Part shown: one piece after another, positions 8,707 through 18,700 of the stretch
How the letters are laid out: every line of letters starts with the position of its first letter
How positions within the stretch are numbered: the stretch's first letter is position 1
Virus record (IMG/VR): IMGVR_UViG_3300020120_000103
Span: 1-51,639 of that record
Reading direction: 5' to 3' (one strand)
DNA length: 51,639 nucleotides
Origin: a virus
Lineage: Duplodnaviria > Caudoviricetes
Notes under the pieces: generated by a model
What the model was told of the DNA's origin: nothing
Databases searched by the model: none
What the model saw: only the letters and a program-made list of their open reading frames with translations
Translations under genes and position numbers: made by a program

Positions 8707-9986
8707 AGTCCAACGATGACCCGATCGGCCCACATCATCAGGTGCTGCGTGCAGATCTGCGCCTCGGGGCTGTCACGCACGACGAGGTGCTCGATGCGCT
8801 TCTCGCTGAGGGCCTGCTGCACCGCGCTCACGAGCACAGCCGGACCCTGGCCGTAGTGCACGAAGCGGTAGTCGCTCACGTAGTACTCCTCTCCGCTGTC
8901 GCGGAAGGGCGTGGCCTTGATGATGAACTCCGCGTCCTCCAGCACGCTGCCGAAGCCCACGTAGTCGCCCTCCAGGGGCTGGCACCGGATGTAGAGCGTT
9001 CCGATGGGGTTGGTCGGCTCCACGACGTCGGGCGACCGTCCGGTGTCGCGAGGCTCCGGCTTGGGCTTCCGCGGGCGCTTGGTCGCGGCGGGTGGGGCCG
9101 GGTCGGGGGTCGGTGCCGGAGCGGGAGGGGCCGCCTGAGCGCCTTCCGGCGGGTTGATCTGGCCCGGGGCGACAGGGACCCCAGGCAGGGGAAGCGTGCG
9201 CTCTGCGGCCGACGTGGCGGGCGCGCTGGGGGTGGACCGTGCTGCCGCGAGGCGGGCGAGGAGATCATCGGTAGCGGACTGGGTCATGACTGCTTGGAGC
9301 CTTTCCTTGGGGCTGAGGTTGCAGATGTGCTCGAACGGGCAACCCCCGTACGCGTCGCACATGTGTGGGTTGGGCAGGAGGTCGAGCGTGCGCTTGCCGC
9401 GCGCGGCTTCGATCTCGTCAGCGACGGTGTCGAGCACCTGCACGAGCGGTGCCACACCCTCCGCGGTCATGACAATCCGAGTGACGTCGCTGATGGCCTT
9501 CCCACGCGTGCGGCCGTAGGTCCACTGGAGGTTCACCTCCGGTACCTTCCAGCGCTCCAGCATGCGCGCGGCGTAGAGCACCGCCTGCACGTTGCCCTGC
9601 AGTTCCGCCCCGCGCTTGATGTACTTGAAGTTGCTAGTGGTCTTGAAGTCGTGGACGGTGTGCGTGGACTCGTCCGTCATGTCGATGAAGCCGATGTACT
9701 CGTGCCTGCCGACCTGCGCGACGAACTTTCCCTCGTTGACCAGATGTGGGGCCCGATTCGGCAGGTGCTCCAGCATCGCGAAGGCTACCTCGGCTGCGTG
9801 ACCCGTCTCCTCGTCCATCGACGAGAAGGGCAGCGGCATGCCCTGGTAATACTCCTCCAGGATCTTGTGCACGAGGGACCCGAAGGCTGCGGACGCGTTC
9901 TGCCCTCGGGCGATGTGCTCCTTGTACTGGAAGCTCCACTTGCGCGGGCAGTCGAGCCACGCCTGGACCTGGGATGCGCTCAGCAC
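8703..9986 (-). CDS. Cas4/RecB-like PD-(D/E)XK exonuclease
   Basis: LSASQ..CPRKW, GSLVH, GFID, DFKT, QAVLY, C..C..C; Pro-rich linker. Confidence 0.85.
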   Translation of the reverse strand: MLSASQVQAWLDCPRKWSFQYKEHIARGQNASAAFGSLVHKILEEYYQGMPLPFSSMDEETGHAAEVAFAMLEHLPNRAPHLVNEGKFVAQVGRHEYIGFIDMTDESTHTVHDFKTTSNFKYIKRGAELQGNVQAVLYAARMLERWKVPEVNLQWTYGRTRGKAISDVTRIVMTAEGVAPLVQVLDTVADEIEAARGKRTLDLLPNPHMCDAYGGCPFEHICNLSPKERLQAVMTQSATDDLLARLAAARSTPSAPATSAAERTLPLPGVPVAPGQINPPEGAQAAPPAPAPTPDPAPPAATKRPRKPKPEPRDTGRSPDVVEPTNPIGTLYIRCQPLEGDYVGFGSVLEDAEFIIKATPFRDSGEEYYVSDYRFVHYGQGPAVLVSAVQQALSEKRIEHLVVRDSPEAQICTQHLMMWADRVIVGL

Positions 9987-9994
9987 ATCTCAGG

Positions 9995-12064
9995 CTAGGC
10001 ACTTCCCTTCGCGATGAGGCGCTCACGCACCTTCGATGCCGCGACGTCGTTCTTCAACCACTGTGCGACCGAGGGCCTCATCTTCATCGAGGCGAGAGCT
10101 TCCGGCACCAACCACCCGTTCTTCGTACCGACGCGCTTGTGATGGCATCCAACGTGGCGCAGGGCGCTCAGGATCTGCGCCTGCTCGATGCCCGTGGGCA
10201 TGATCTTCCGCTCGCTCTGGGTGACCATGTCGTAGGCCTCGGTGAGGGTCACGAAGGGCACGCCCTCCAGGGCCTCGCGCATGCGCACCATCACGATGTC
10301 GTCTTCGTAGTCCTCGTTGCGGCTCTTGCAGAAGGCCTTCTCCTCCTCGGTCAGGTGATGGTCGAACGTGGCGTCGAGGGCGAGTTGGTTGGCCTCCCAC
10401 CAGAGCGCGTCACGCAGTTCCATCAGCCGCGCCTTGCCACACATCTTCCCCACGCGGATCACCGCGAAGCGTGTGTTGCCTGTGGGGTCGGGCAGCACCA
10501 GGTCGTTGCTCGTACCGAAGAGCACGAAGCTCCTCGCGACCTTCTCCACGCTCCGCCCGTAGGGCTTGCGGTACTCGTCCTCCACCGCGCTGATGAAGGC
10601 CTTGAGGGTGTCACGGTCGCTGCGGCGTGCCGTGGCCATCTCCTCCATCTCGATGAACACCTTGCCCTTGCAGAGCATCTTCGTGTCCTTGTCGTGCGGG
10701 TCTCCATGTATGCTGCCGTACCACGGACCTGCAAGCTGGCGCAGCAAGCTGCTCTTCCCAGTCTCCTGCTCACCGTCCAGGATCACGACGACGCGGTGGT
10801 CGATGGGCGTCGAGACGTCGTGGGGGCCGCTGAGTGCCCGGCTCCGGCGGATGGCCGCCACCATCTGCTTGGCGAAGATGCTGCTCGCGATCGGACCGTC
10901 CGGACTGTTGAGCACCTCTTCGTGCAGACTGCTGAGATGGCACACGCCGGGGTTGGGCAGGGCGTCGAGGTACTCCACGAAGGGGTTGTACGGGTGGTCC
11001 TCGCAGATGGCCTCGATGGCCCCCATCACGGTGTCGACCGTGACCTTGCCTCCCTCGCTCTCGAACCAGCACCGGACCCACGCGATGTCACCGTTCGAGA
11101 CGCTGCCCCGCTCCATGCAAAGCGCCACCGGCGGGTGGATAGCCACCATCTGCCTGCCCATCACGTCGTAGCGGAACACACCCTCCCACGCCGGGTGCGT
11201 CGTCAGGGTCTGCATCACCTCGTTCAGCTCCAGTGCGCGGAGCTTGCCCGGAGGGGCCACGAGCGGTTCGTCTGGCGCCCTGGGCTTCGGCGGGCGATCC
11301 AGGAAGGCCTCCGGCGCGGGGCCGGTGGGACGGTCGCTGCGGTCGCGAGCGTCTTCGCACTTGTGGACTATCTCGCTGTGGCGCCACGTTGGCGTGCACC
11401 GCCAGTTGTACTCCTGCTCGATGAGATCGACGGCCGTGTCCACGTCCAGCTCCAAGGTGCGCACGAGCTTCAGAGCGACATTGAAGAGTGCCCCGCTTCC
11501 GTTCTCGCCCTCAATGGCGGGAGGGGCGTCTCGCAGGAAGTCCTTGGCCTTCATGACGCGCCGGTGGCCCTCATCGGTGGTGGGGTCGATGGGCTGCACC
11601 GCAGTGGTATTCGTGGAGCGCGGGGCAGGACCCAGGGCCTCTAGGTCCGCCAGGAGCTGTGGCGGCATCGGTGCAGGATCGTGGGCGTCGAAGACCTCCC
11701 GGCCCTCGCCCTCGAAGACGACCAGCCCACCCTCGCCGCGCACATCGACGTGGAAGAGGAGCTTACTCACGCTGTTCTTGATGAGCTTGCCCTCGGGCTG
11801 CTGGAAGTAGAAGTGAAAGCCCCTCGGGGTCTTCATCATGAACGTGATCGGGGGCCGGTACTTACGCACGAAGGCTTCGGTGGCCTCGTGGTCGTCGCAG
11901 TCGATGACCACGACCCCGCTACGGGTGCCGGTGGCGATGGCTGTATTCGCTCCGGCAGGGACGAAGGCCTTCTCGCCTGGGCCGAGGAGACTGAATGGTA
12001 TGAGAGGGACCTTGCCCTTACAGGGGAACGTGCACAGCGCGTCGCGCCAGTTGAGATCTGCCAT
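9995..12064 (-). CDS. bifunctional primase-polymerase fused to VirE-like helicase
   Basis: GKVP, VIDCD, TPRGFHFYF, DVRG; GEQETGKS, GTSND, TGNTRF. Confidence 0.9.
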   Translation of the reverse strand: MADLNWRDALCTFPCKGKVPLIPFSLLGPGEKAFVPAGANTAIATGTRSGVVVIDCDDHEATEAFVRKYRPPITFMMKTPRGFHFYFQQPEGKLIKNSVSKLLFHVDVRGEGGLVVFEGEGREVFDAHDPAPMPPQLLADLEALGPAPRSTNTTAVQPIDPTTDEGHRRVMKAKDFLRDAPPAIEGENGSGALFNVALKLVRTLELDVDTAVDLIEQEYNWRCTPTWRHSEIVHKCEDARDRSDRPTGPAPEAFLDRPPKPRAPDEPLVAPPGKLRALELNEVMQTLTTHPAWEGVFRYDVMGRQMVAIHPPVALCMERGSVSNGDIAWVRCWFESEGGKVTVDTVMGAIEAICEDHPYNPFVEYLDALPNPGVCHLSSLHEEVLNSPDGPIASSIFAKQMVAAIRRSRALSGPHDVSTPIDHRVVVILDGEQETGKSSLLRQLAGPWYGSIHGDPHDKDTKMLCKGKVFIEMEEMATARRSDRDTLKAFISAVEDEYRKPYGRSVEKVARSFVLFGTSNDLVLPDPTGNTRFAVIRVGKMCGKARLMELRDALWWEANQLALDATFDHHLTEEEKAFCKSRNEDYEDDIVMVRMREALEGVPFVTLTEAYDMVTQSERKIMPTGIEQAQILSALRHVGCHHKRVGTKNGWLVPEALASMKMRPSVAQWLKNDVAASKVRERLIAKGSA

Positions 12065-12076
12065 GACCTCTAGGGT

Positions 12077-12092
12077 TGCCGGTCCCGTGCCA
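12077..12092 (-). promoter_or_regulatory. sigma54-type -24/-12 promoter for the primase operon
   Basis: TGGCACGGGACCGGCA (GG-N10-GC), 12 nt before ATG 12064. Confidence 0.7.
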
Positions 12093-12115
12093 GAGGTGGT
12101 GGGGTACGTCGGTCA

Positions 12116-12194
12116 TTTCATTAAAAGGGTAAAGGATTTGTGTAGTGACATACGTACACGCGCGCGCGTAGGGTCCCATTACCCTTTAATGAAA
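12116..12194. repeat. AT-rich inverted repeat; candidate origin or regulatory site
   Basis: TTTCATTAAAAGGGTAA (12116-12132) vs TTACCCTTTAATGAAA (12179-12194). Confidence 0.7.
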
Positions 12195-12228
12195 CCGCCC
12201 CCCTGACCTCCCGACCCTACCGCGGCGG

Positions 12229-12244
12229 TGGCACGGAACGCGCA
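12229..12244 (+). promoter_or_regulatory. sigma54-type -24/-12 promoter
   Basis: TGGCACGGAACGCGCA, 12 nt before ATG 12257. Confidence 0.7.
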
Positions 12245-12256
12245 ACTCCGCGAACC

Positions 12257-12481
12257 ATGGATGCCGAAGTCAAAACGTCGCCCCTCGTGGTGGCCCTCTA
12301 CGACTGCGATCACGCTCTGCTCACCAAGCTCGTCGAGGTCAGGAACCTCAGCAGGCCGCCCGGCGCGCGGAAGGTAAGCCGCAGCGCGGTGGTGCGAGCC
12401 CTCATCCGAGAGGCAGCCATGCCCGCGCACGGTGAGCAGGATGGCCAAGGTGAGGCGCCGCAGAAGCGCGAGGCGCCGTGA
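12257..12481 (+). CDS. ribbon-helix-helix-like DNA-binding protein
   Basis: short beta segment then helices, VSRSAVVRALIRE. Confidence 0.6.
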   Translation: MDAEVKTSPLVVALYDCDHALLTKLVEVRNLSRPPGARKVSRSAVVRALIREAAMPAHGEQDGQGEAPQKREAP

Positions 12482-12630
12482 GTAATCCGTGGCCCGTGAT
12501 GACCTGGACGCTGGTCATCATGCTCGTGGCCTCGCTGGCCTGGATGATCTCCGTGCTCCTGTCGCCATCGAGCCTCATGCCTCCTCGTGGCATGACCTGG
12601 GAGTGCTTCCCCGTGCCGGTGCACACGTGA
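12478..12630 (+). CDS. small membrane protein
   Basis: MSNPWPVMTWTLVIMLVASLAWMISVLL..; GTGA overlaps at both ends. Confidence 0.5.
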   Translation: MSNPWPVMTWTLVIMLVASLAWMISVLLSPSSLMPPRGMTWECFPVPVHT

Positions 12631-12764
12631 GGCGTTCTTACCGCGCGCAGAAGGAGTGCTACGCGGTGATCCAGGCGGTGATCTACGTCGAGACGATGGC
12701 CCAGTCGTGGCGCACGTGGTGTCGCCTGGTCGAGCAGGCGTTGGAGGGAGCGGACCTATCCTGA
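12627..12764 (+). CDS. hypothetical protein
   Basis: coupled GTG start, MRRSYRAQKEC.. Confidence 0.45.
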   Translation: MRRSYRAQKECYAVIQAVIYVETMAQSWRTWCRLVEQALEGADLS

Positions 12765-12768
12765 AAGC

Positions 12769-13770
12769 GTGAGTGAGTACCGCACCGACACCGTCCAGAT
12801 CTCCACGCACAAGCGCACGCCGCAGGGTGGCCTCGATGTCCCCGCGGCGCTGACCCGTTCCGGGATCTTCATCTACCACATGCCTGATGGCACGGTGCAG
12901 CGGGAGCTGCGTCCTGCCGACGAGGTCTTCAACGAGGACAGCCTCTCGACCCTCGCTGGCGCGAGTCTCACGGTCGGGCACCCCGGGCTGGTCACGACGA
13001 AGAACTGGAAGGACCACACGGTCGGCCACGTAGGCGACACCGTGAAGCGCTCCGGTGACCTCGTCGACAGCCGCGTGCGCGTGCAGCACGAAGATGCGGT
13101 CAAGCAGGTCGAAGCGAAGCGCCTCGTGGAGCTGTCGTGCGGCTACACCTGCGACGTCGAGCACACGTCCGGTGAGATCAATGGAGAGCACTACGACGCG
13201 ATCCAGCGCAACATCCGCTACAACCACGTGGCCCTCCTCCCTCCCGGCGGTGGTCGAGCAGGCAGCGACGTGAAGCTGCGCATGGACGGAGCTGGGTCGA
13301 GCTTTCCCGAAACCGTGGCCGCCTACAATGAAGCCATGGATCTCGCAGAGGCTCTCAAGGAAATCGACCGTCTCAACGGTCTCCTCACAGGCGAGAAGAC
13401 GCGCGCGGACTCCCTGGACACGAAGCTGAAGGAGATCGACATCGACATTCTCGTCGCCGATCGTCTCGCGCTCGTTCAGGACGCGCAGGTCGTTCTCGGC
13501 ACCGAGGTGAAGCTCGACGGCAAGGACGCGGACACGGTCATGCGGGAGGCGTGCCAGAAGGCGTTCCCCGAGATCAAGCTCGACGAGAAGTCCAGCGCCG
13601 ACTACGTGCGCGGCCTCTTCGAGGCGGGCGTGCGGCAGGCCAAGCAGGGCCAGGCTCACGTGCGCAAGGGCAACGTGCACGCGGACGCGGCCTCGGTCGA
13701 GGACAAGGTCGCTGCGGCTCGCGCGCGCAACGAGAAGCGAAGTTCGGATCTCTGGAAGGGTGGTAAGTGA
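12769..13770 (+). CDS. DUF2213 capsid maturation protease/scaffold
   Basis: TRSGIFIY, ELRPADEVF, TVGHP, ELSCGY, NHVAL, GRAG; coiled-coil C-terminus. Confidence 0.9.
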   Translation: MSEYRTDTVQISTHKRTPQGGLDVPAALTRSGIFIYHMPDGTVQRELRPADEVFNEDSLSTLAGASLTVGHPGLVTTKNWKDHTVGHVGDTVKRSGDLVDSRVRVQHEDAVKQVEAKRLVELSCGYTCDVEHTSGEINGEHYDAIQRNIRYNHVALLPPGGGRAGSDVKLRMDGAGSSFPETVAAYNEAMDLAEALKEIDRLNGLLTGEKTRADSLDTKLKEIDIDILVADRLALVQDAQVVLGTEVKLDGKDADTVMREACQKAFPEIKLDEKSSADYVRGLFEAGVRQAKQGQAHVRKGNVHADAASVEDKVAAARARNEKRSSDLWKGGK

Positions 13771-14390
13771 TGGGCCTGCCCAACGGCGGACAGACTGCGT
13801 ACAACCTGGAGCCCGACATCGCGGTTCCGGGTCAGCTCGCGGAGCAGAACCTCGACGACAAGGTCGAGAGCTTCCCGGCGGGCGAGGCGATCGAGTTCGG
13901 ACGGCTCCTGGAGGTCGATCAGACCACGGGTGCGGTCTGGAAGACCGCAGGCACGGGGGCGGCTCTCGTCAGCTCGGGGCGCAAGCTCGCGGGCGTGAGC
14001 GTCAACGACGTCGCGCGTGAGCAGCAGCTCGCGGCCACGGGCGGCAGCTCGGGCAAGGGTCACTACCAGGTCGGTGAGATGGTGCCGGTCCTGCGCAAGG
14101 GCCACATCTATGCCTGCTGGGACGGTGGCACGGGCAGCTTCGGGCAGGGCGTATACGTCGTCCCGAACGTCAACCACTCCAGCACGACCGACGCGAACAA
14201 CCTGAAGGGCACGTTCACCGGGAACGCGACGTCCAGCTCGGCCGGCAGCGAAGTGGCTGCGGCGCCCGCGGGCATCCTCCTGGTGCGTGACGTGAGCACG
14301 AAGACCCCGGCACGCGGGGCAGCGTCGACCGGCTCGGACGGCCCGACGTTCGTGTGTGACCTCGAAGTGAACATCCAGGGAGCCCCGTGA
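13770..14390 (+). CDS. head decoration (cement) protein
   Basis: lies between protease and MCP; PGQ, IEFG, VLRKGHIY. Confidence 0.75.
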   Translation: MGLPNGGQTAYNLEPDIAVPGQLAEQNLDDKVESFPAGEAIEFGRLLEVDQTTGAVWKTAGTGAALVSSGRKLAGVSVNDVAREQQLAATGGSSGKGHYQVGEMVPVLRKGHIYACWDGGTGSFGQGVYVVPNVNHSSTTDANNLKGTFTGNATSSSAGSEVAAAPAGILLVRDVSTKTPARGAASTGSDGPTFVCDLEVNIQGAP

Positions 14391-15469
14391 TGTATTTCGG
14401 CCTCGACAACCCCATGGCGGGGTTCATGAAGTTCGACAGCAAGGACCTTCCCGGTGCGATCGGGCGGATCCTGGAGACGATCCAGGGCCGCCAAGACGCC
14501 CAGGAGACCGCGATCTTCGCCCGTCAGCTGGAGTACATCTACACGCAGACGTACGACATCCTCTACCCCGACCTGAAGGCCCGGACGCTGATCCCGGTCG
14601 ACACGCGGGTGCCCACGGGCGCGGACAGCTTCACGTACACGCAGTTCGACAAGCTCGGCGAGGCGAAGATCGTCCACAACTACTCGCAGGACTTCCCGGA
14701 TGCGAGCATCGTCGGCAAGCAGTTCAAGCAGGGCATCGTCTCGCTCGGCGACAGCTACCAGTACACGATCCAGGACATGCGCGCTGCGGCGATGGCCGGC
14801 CTGCCCCTGGAGGCTCGCAAGGCTGCCACGGCCCGCTGGGTCATGGAGAAGAAGCTGGAGCTGCTCGCGGCGCAGGGCGACAGCGCGACGAACCTCTATG
14901 GTCTCGCGAACGCCCCCAACATCCAGCAGACGACCAAGGTCTCGCAGAACAACGCCGGCAGCACGTCCGCGACGTGGGCGAGCCTCATCAGCGATGCGCT
15001 CGGCAAGGGCAACATCACGGCAGTGGCCCAGGAGATCGCGAAGGACGTCCTGCAGATGGGCAAGGACATCTTCACGAACACGAAGGGCGTCCACTACGGT
15101 GACACGCTCGTCCTCAGCACCCCGATGTACGGCGTGCTGGCGAGCACCCCGATGGCCCCGCAGTTCGGGCAGAGCGTCACGCTCCTCGACTACCTCCTGG
15201 AGCTGGACCCCTGGCTCAAGACGGTCGAGTTCTGGCCCTACCTGGACACGGTCGCGAACCTCGCGCCGACCCCGGGCACGAGCGGTCACGGCCTCGCCAT
15301 GCGCTACCAGAAGGACCCCACGGTCCTGGCGCTGATCATCAGCCAGGAGTTCGAGCAGTTCGCTCCTCAGCCGCGCAACATGAGCTTCATCGTCCCCTGC
15401 CACATGCGCACGGGCGCCGTCGAGGTTCGCTACCCGAAGGCCGTCACCTGCATGACCGGCCTGGACTGA
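14390..15469 (+). CDS. major capsid protein (DUF2184-like)
   Basis: FARQLEYI, GEAKI, LYGLAN, GAVEVRYP. Confidence 0.9.
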   Translation: MYFGLDNPMAGFMKFDSKDLPGAIGRILETIQGRQDAQETAIFARQLEYIYTQTYDILYPDLKARTLIPVDTRVPTGADSFTYTQFDKLGEAKIVHNYSQDFPDASIVGKQFKQGIVSLGDSYQYTIQDMRAAAMAGLPLEARKAATARWVMEKKLELLAAQGDSATNLYGLANAPNIQQTTKVSQNNAGSTSATWASLISDALGKGNITAVAQEIAKDVLQMGKDIFTNTKGVHYGDTLVLSTPMYGVLASTPMAPQFGQSVTLLDYLLELDPWLKTVEFWPYLDTVANLAPTPGTSGHGLAMRYQKDPTVLALIISQEFEQFAPQPRNMSFIVPCHMRTGAVEVRYPKAVTCMTGLD

Positions 15470-15472
15470 CCG

Positions 15473-15766
15473 ATGGGCATCGTCGAGCGCAAGAAGTCTG
15501 AGAAGGCCCGTCGATGGGATGCGGTCGTCGCCATGGACAACGTGGTCCGCGGCGACGACAAGGCCGGTGACGAGCATCGCCGCATGGCCGCGCACGCCCA
15601 CGTCATGACGCACCATGCCCTGGAGCTGGACACGCCCGAGGCACACGAAGCAGCCGCGCAGGCGCACGACAAGGTCGCAGAGATGCACCGCGACGTGGTC
15701 GAGGAGTACCCCGACGACGAAGAGGCTCCCGAGTCCAGCGAGCGAGCACCCGCGAAGCGCAAGTGA
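15473..15766 (+). CDS. His/Ala-rich hypothetical protein
   Basis: directly after MCP; AHEAAAQAH pattern. Confidence 0.65.
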   Translation: MGIVERKKSEKARRWDAVVAMDNVVRGDDKAGDEHRRMAAHAHVMTHHALELDTPEAHEAAAQAHDKVAEMHRDVVEEYPDDEEAPESSERAPAKRK

Positions 15767-15791
15767 ATCAAGCGCGGGCCTACCTTAAGGC

Positions 15792-18700
15792 ATGGCCCTC
15801 GGATCTGCACGCAAGACGCTGATGTTCACTGGGCCGCAAGGCCCGCAGGGTGTGCAAGGAGCACGCGGTGACGTTGGTCCAGCTGGATCAGCAGGTCCCG
15901 CAGGTCCGCCTGGTCCCGAAGGTCCGGGAGGGCAAAGCTCCACGGCCGTAAGCAACGGTCTGAACAGCAACATCGCCACGGGCGGTGTGGGGTCGCTGCG
16001 GCTCACCGGGCCTAGCGCTGCGTTCAGCATCGGTGGCTTCACCGCGCCTGCTGCAGCGGGTACGAAGCTTACGGTGATCAACACCACGGCGCAGCCCATG
16101 ACCGTGGTGCACGAGGACACATCTAGCACGGCTGCGAACCGCATCGACACGCAGTCCGGCGCCCCGATCACGCTCCCGCCGCGTCGCGGGCGCCTGCAGT
16201 TCACCTACGACGGGACCGCGTCCCGATGGGTGCTCAGCGAGGCAGGGCAGAACTACAACCGCTGGATCGACGTGCGCGACTTCGGTGCGTACGCGGATGG
16301 CGTGCACGACGACACGGCCGCGTGCCAGGCCGCGCTCACGTACGCGCGTTCGCTCTCGCCGCGGTTCGCATCTGTCCTCCCGCTCTCGGGCAAGTTCCCG
16401 AGCAGCAACGGTTTCAACGCACCGACGGTCCACTTCGGTGACGGCCTCTACAAGCTTACGGCCCCGGACGGCCAGGCATGCCTGGAGGTGTCCGAGGGCG
16501 TGCACGTCATCGGCGATGGCCAGGGCACGATGCTCATGCCCACCACGCCTGGCGCGCACATCTTCCGGCACGCGAACCTGTACCAGCGCTTCGAGGGCCT
16601 GAACTTCCTGAGCGGCAACTGCCACATCGTGTGCGGCGGCCCCTCGCGCTACTACGGCGGGCAGCTCGGGAGCATGCTCTACAACGGCACGATCCAGGTG
16701 CACAACTGCTGGTCGCAGGGCGCCTCGGGAGCGTTCTACTGGACTGACGTGGCTGCGGCCGGGCGCGATCCGTCGAGCCAGCTCATCGTCTCGAACTGCT
16801 TCCTGATGAACGCGGTGCAGTACATCGGCAACCACGACGACGCCACGTTCACGCACACGTGGGTCTGGTGGATCAACATCCCGATCGGGGTCGGCAACGA
16901 CTTCTGTCCGCCGGTCAACGACGACAGCGGCCATGCCATGAGCTGCTTCAACACGTGGAACGTGCTGACGCTCGACCACTGCGTGGGCGTGCCCATCGTC
17001 GACGACACGCGCTCGCCCAAGAGTACCTGGATCCAGGGCTCGGGCATCGTGCGCTGCTTCCACACGCGCTTCGGTGGCGAGTCTCAGGCTCCGCTCGCGC
17101 GGCAGAAGCTCCACGTGACCTACAGCGGCCTGGACTGGTCGGTCATGGCCGCGGGCATCCGCGGCGACTGGCTCTTCGACAGCTGCGCCATCGCATCGTG
17201 CACGGGTCACAACTGGTTCGAGGTCTACGACAGCTTCCCGACCAGCATCGACTTCCGCCCCGCGACCACGGCCAGTCTCACGGGCTTCTCGCCGCCGCAG
17301 GCACCCGCGCTGCTCATGCAGAGCAAGGGCATCTGGATCGACGCGACCTCGTGCCCGCAGAGCACCTACGAGAAGGTCGCGCGCGAGAGCATCACGCTGA
17401 ACCTGGAATCGTTCTCGGCCGGGCCGGACTTCCGCTTCCGCACGAGCACGGACCCGTCGCTGGCGCTCGGCGCCTCGGGCGTGACCGACGTCACCGCGAT
17501 CATGCGCAAGTACATGACCGGGACGATGGGCGACCGCGGCAAGGACACGGCCCTGGGCGTCTCGGTCAATCACTGGCCCGCGGGTAAGTTCCAGCTCTCG
17601 CTCGCGGACACGGTCTCGGGGTCGATCGCGTCGGGAGGCACGGACACCGCGACGGGTTACTCGGTGCAGGGCTTCCACGCGACGACCGGCCCGGTGAACC
17701 TGCTCACGGGATTCAACAACGCCCTGTCAGGCTCCCTGCCCGCGGGCGAGTACACGCTCAGCTTCATGGTCAAGGCTGCCTACTCAGGGCAGGTTGAGGT
17801 GCTGCTGACGGACGCCACGGGTGGCACGAACGCCATCCCACTGGACTCGATGGACTTCTCCAAGGGCGGGTGGCAGCGCCTGCAGACGACCTTCTACTGG
17901 GATGGCACGACGTACAGCGGTGGCTCGGGTGCAGGCATCACGCTGAACTTCACCGCCATGCCCACGAGCAGCGACCTGTACGTGGCCTTCTTCGCGGTGC
18001 ACGCCGGGCGCAAGGCCGCCCCGTGGAACTACCCGGGCAACAGCAACACGGACACCTTCGTGCCCGATCGCTACTACAGCAGCGGCGCCCCGACCTCAGG
18101 CACGTTCAAGGTCGGAGACGTGATCTGGAACACCTCGACCCTCGCGGGCCAGCCCATCGGATGGGTATGCGTGCGCGCAGGGTCATTCGGTGGCTCGCTG
18201 GGCACGGCCCCGCTGTTCGCAGGCTTCGGCACGATCAACTTCGACCCCTCGCTCATCAGCTCGTACAACTTCGACTACGACGCGAACGTGCTCACGCCTG
18301 GCGCCATCACGACGTGGCCCAGCAAGTACGGTGGGACGGACACCGCTGCGCGCTTCGCGCTCTCGGGCACCGCGACGGCGCATGCTGCAGGAGGTTCCGG
18401 GCCGAACGGCGTGGCCTACGCCTCGGGCAACGGCTCCAGCGACACGATGCACGAGGCCAACCAGTCCTCGCAGCACGTGGCGAAGGAGCTGTACATCATC
18501 GCGAAGTTCAATACGACCGGGGGCGGGTCCGGGACACTGTTCGATGGCGGGTCGGGCAACGACGGGCGCATCTACCGACCCGGAGTCAACCAGGTGGAAC
18601 TGCTGCTGCAGGCCCCCGCGGGTCCGGGCACTACGGTCTCCGGTGCGACCGAGCAGTGGGGGGTCTGGCACGTCATCGCGGATGGCACGAACCAGAGCTT

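Noticed and set aside
8703-9986. Cas4-like nuclease as evidence of CRISPR-Cas
   Set aside because: No array or other cas genes; solo Cas4-like nucleases are common in phage replication modules
222-11644. Long plus-strand ORFs (e.g. 222-2969, 3850-5730, 5972-7756, 9746-11644)
   Set aside because: Antisense shadows of motif-bearing minus-strand genes, as expected in high-GC DNA
14387-15469. Encapsulin nanocompartment
   Set aside because: Context with portal, terminase and tail shows it is the phage major capsid protein
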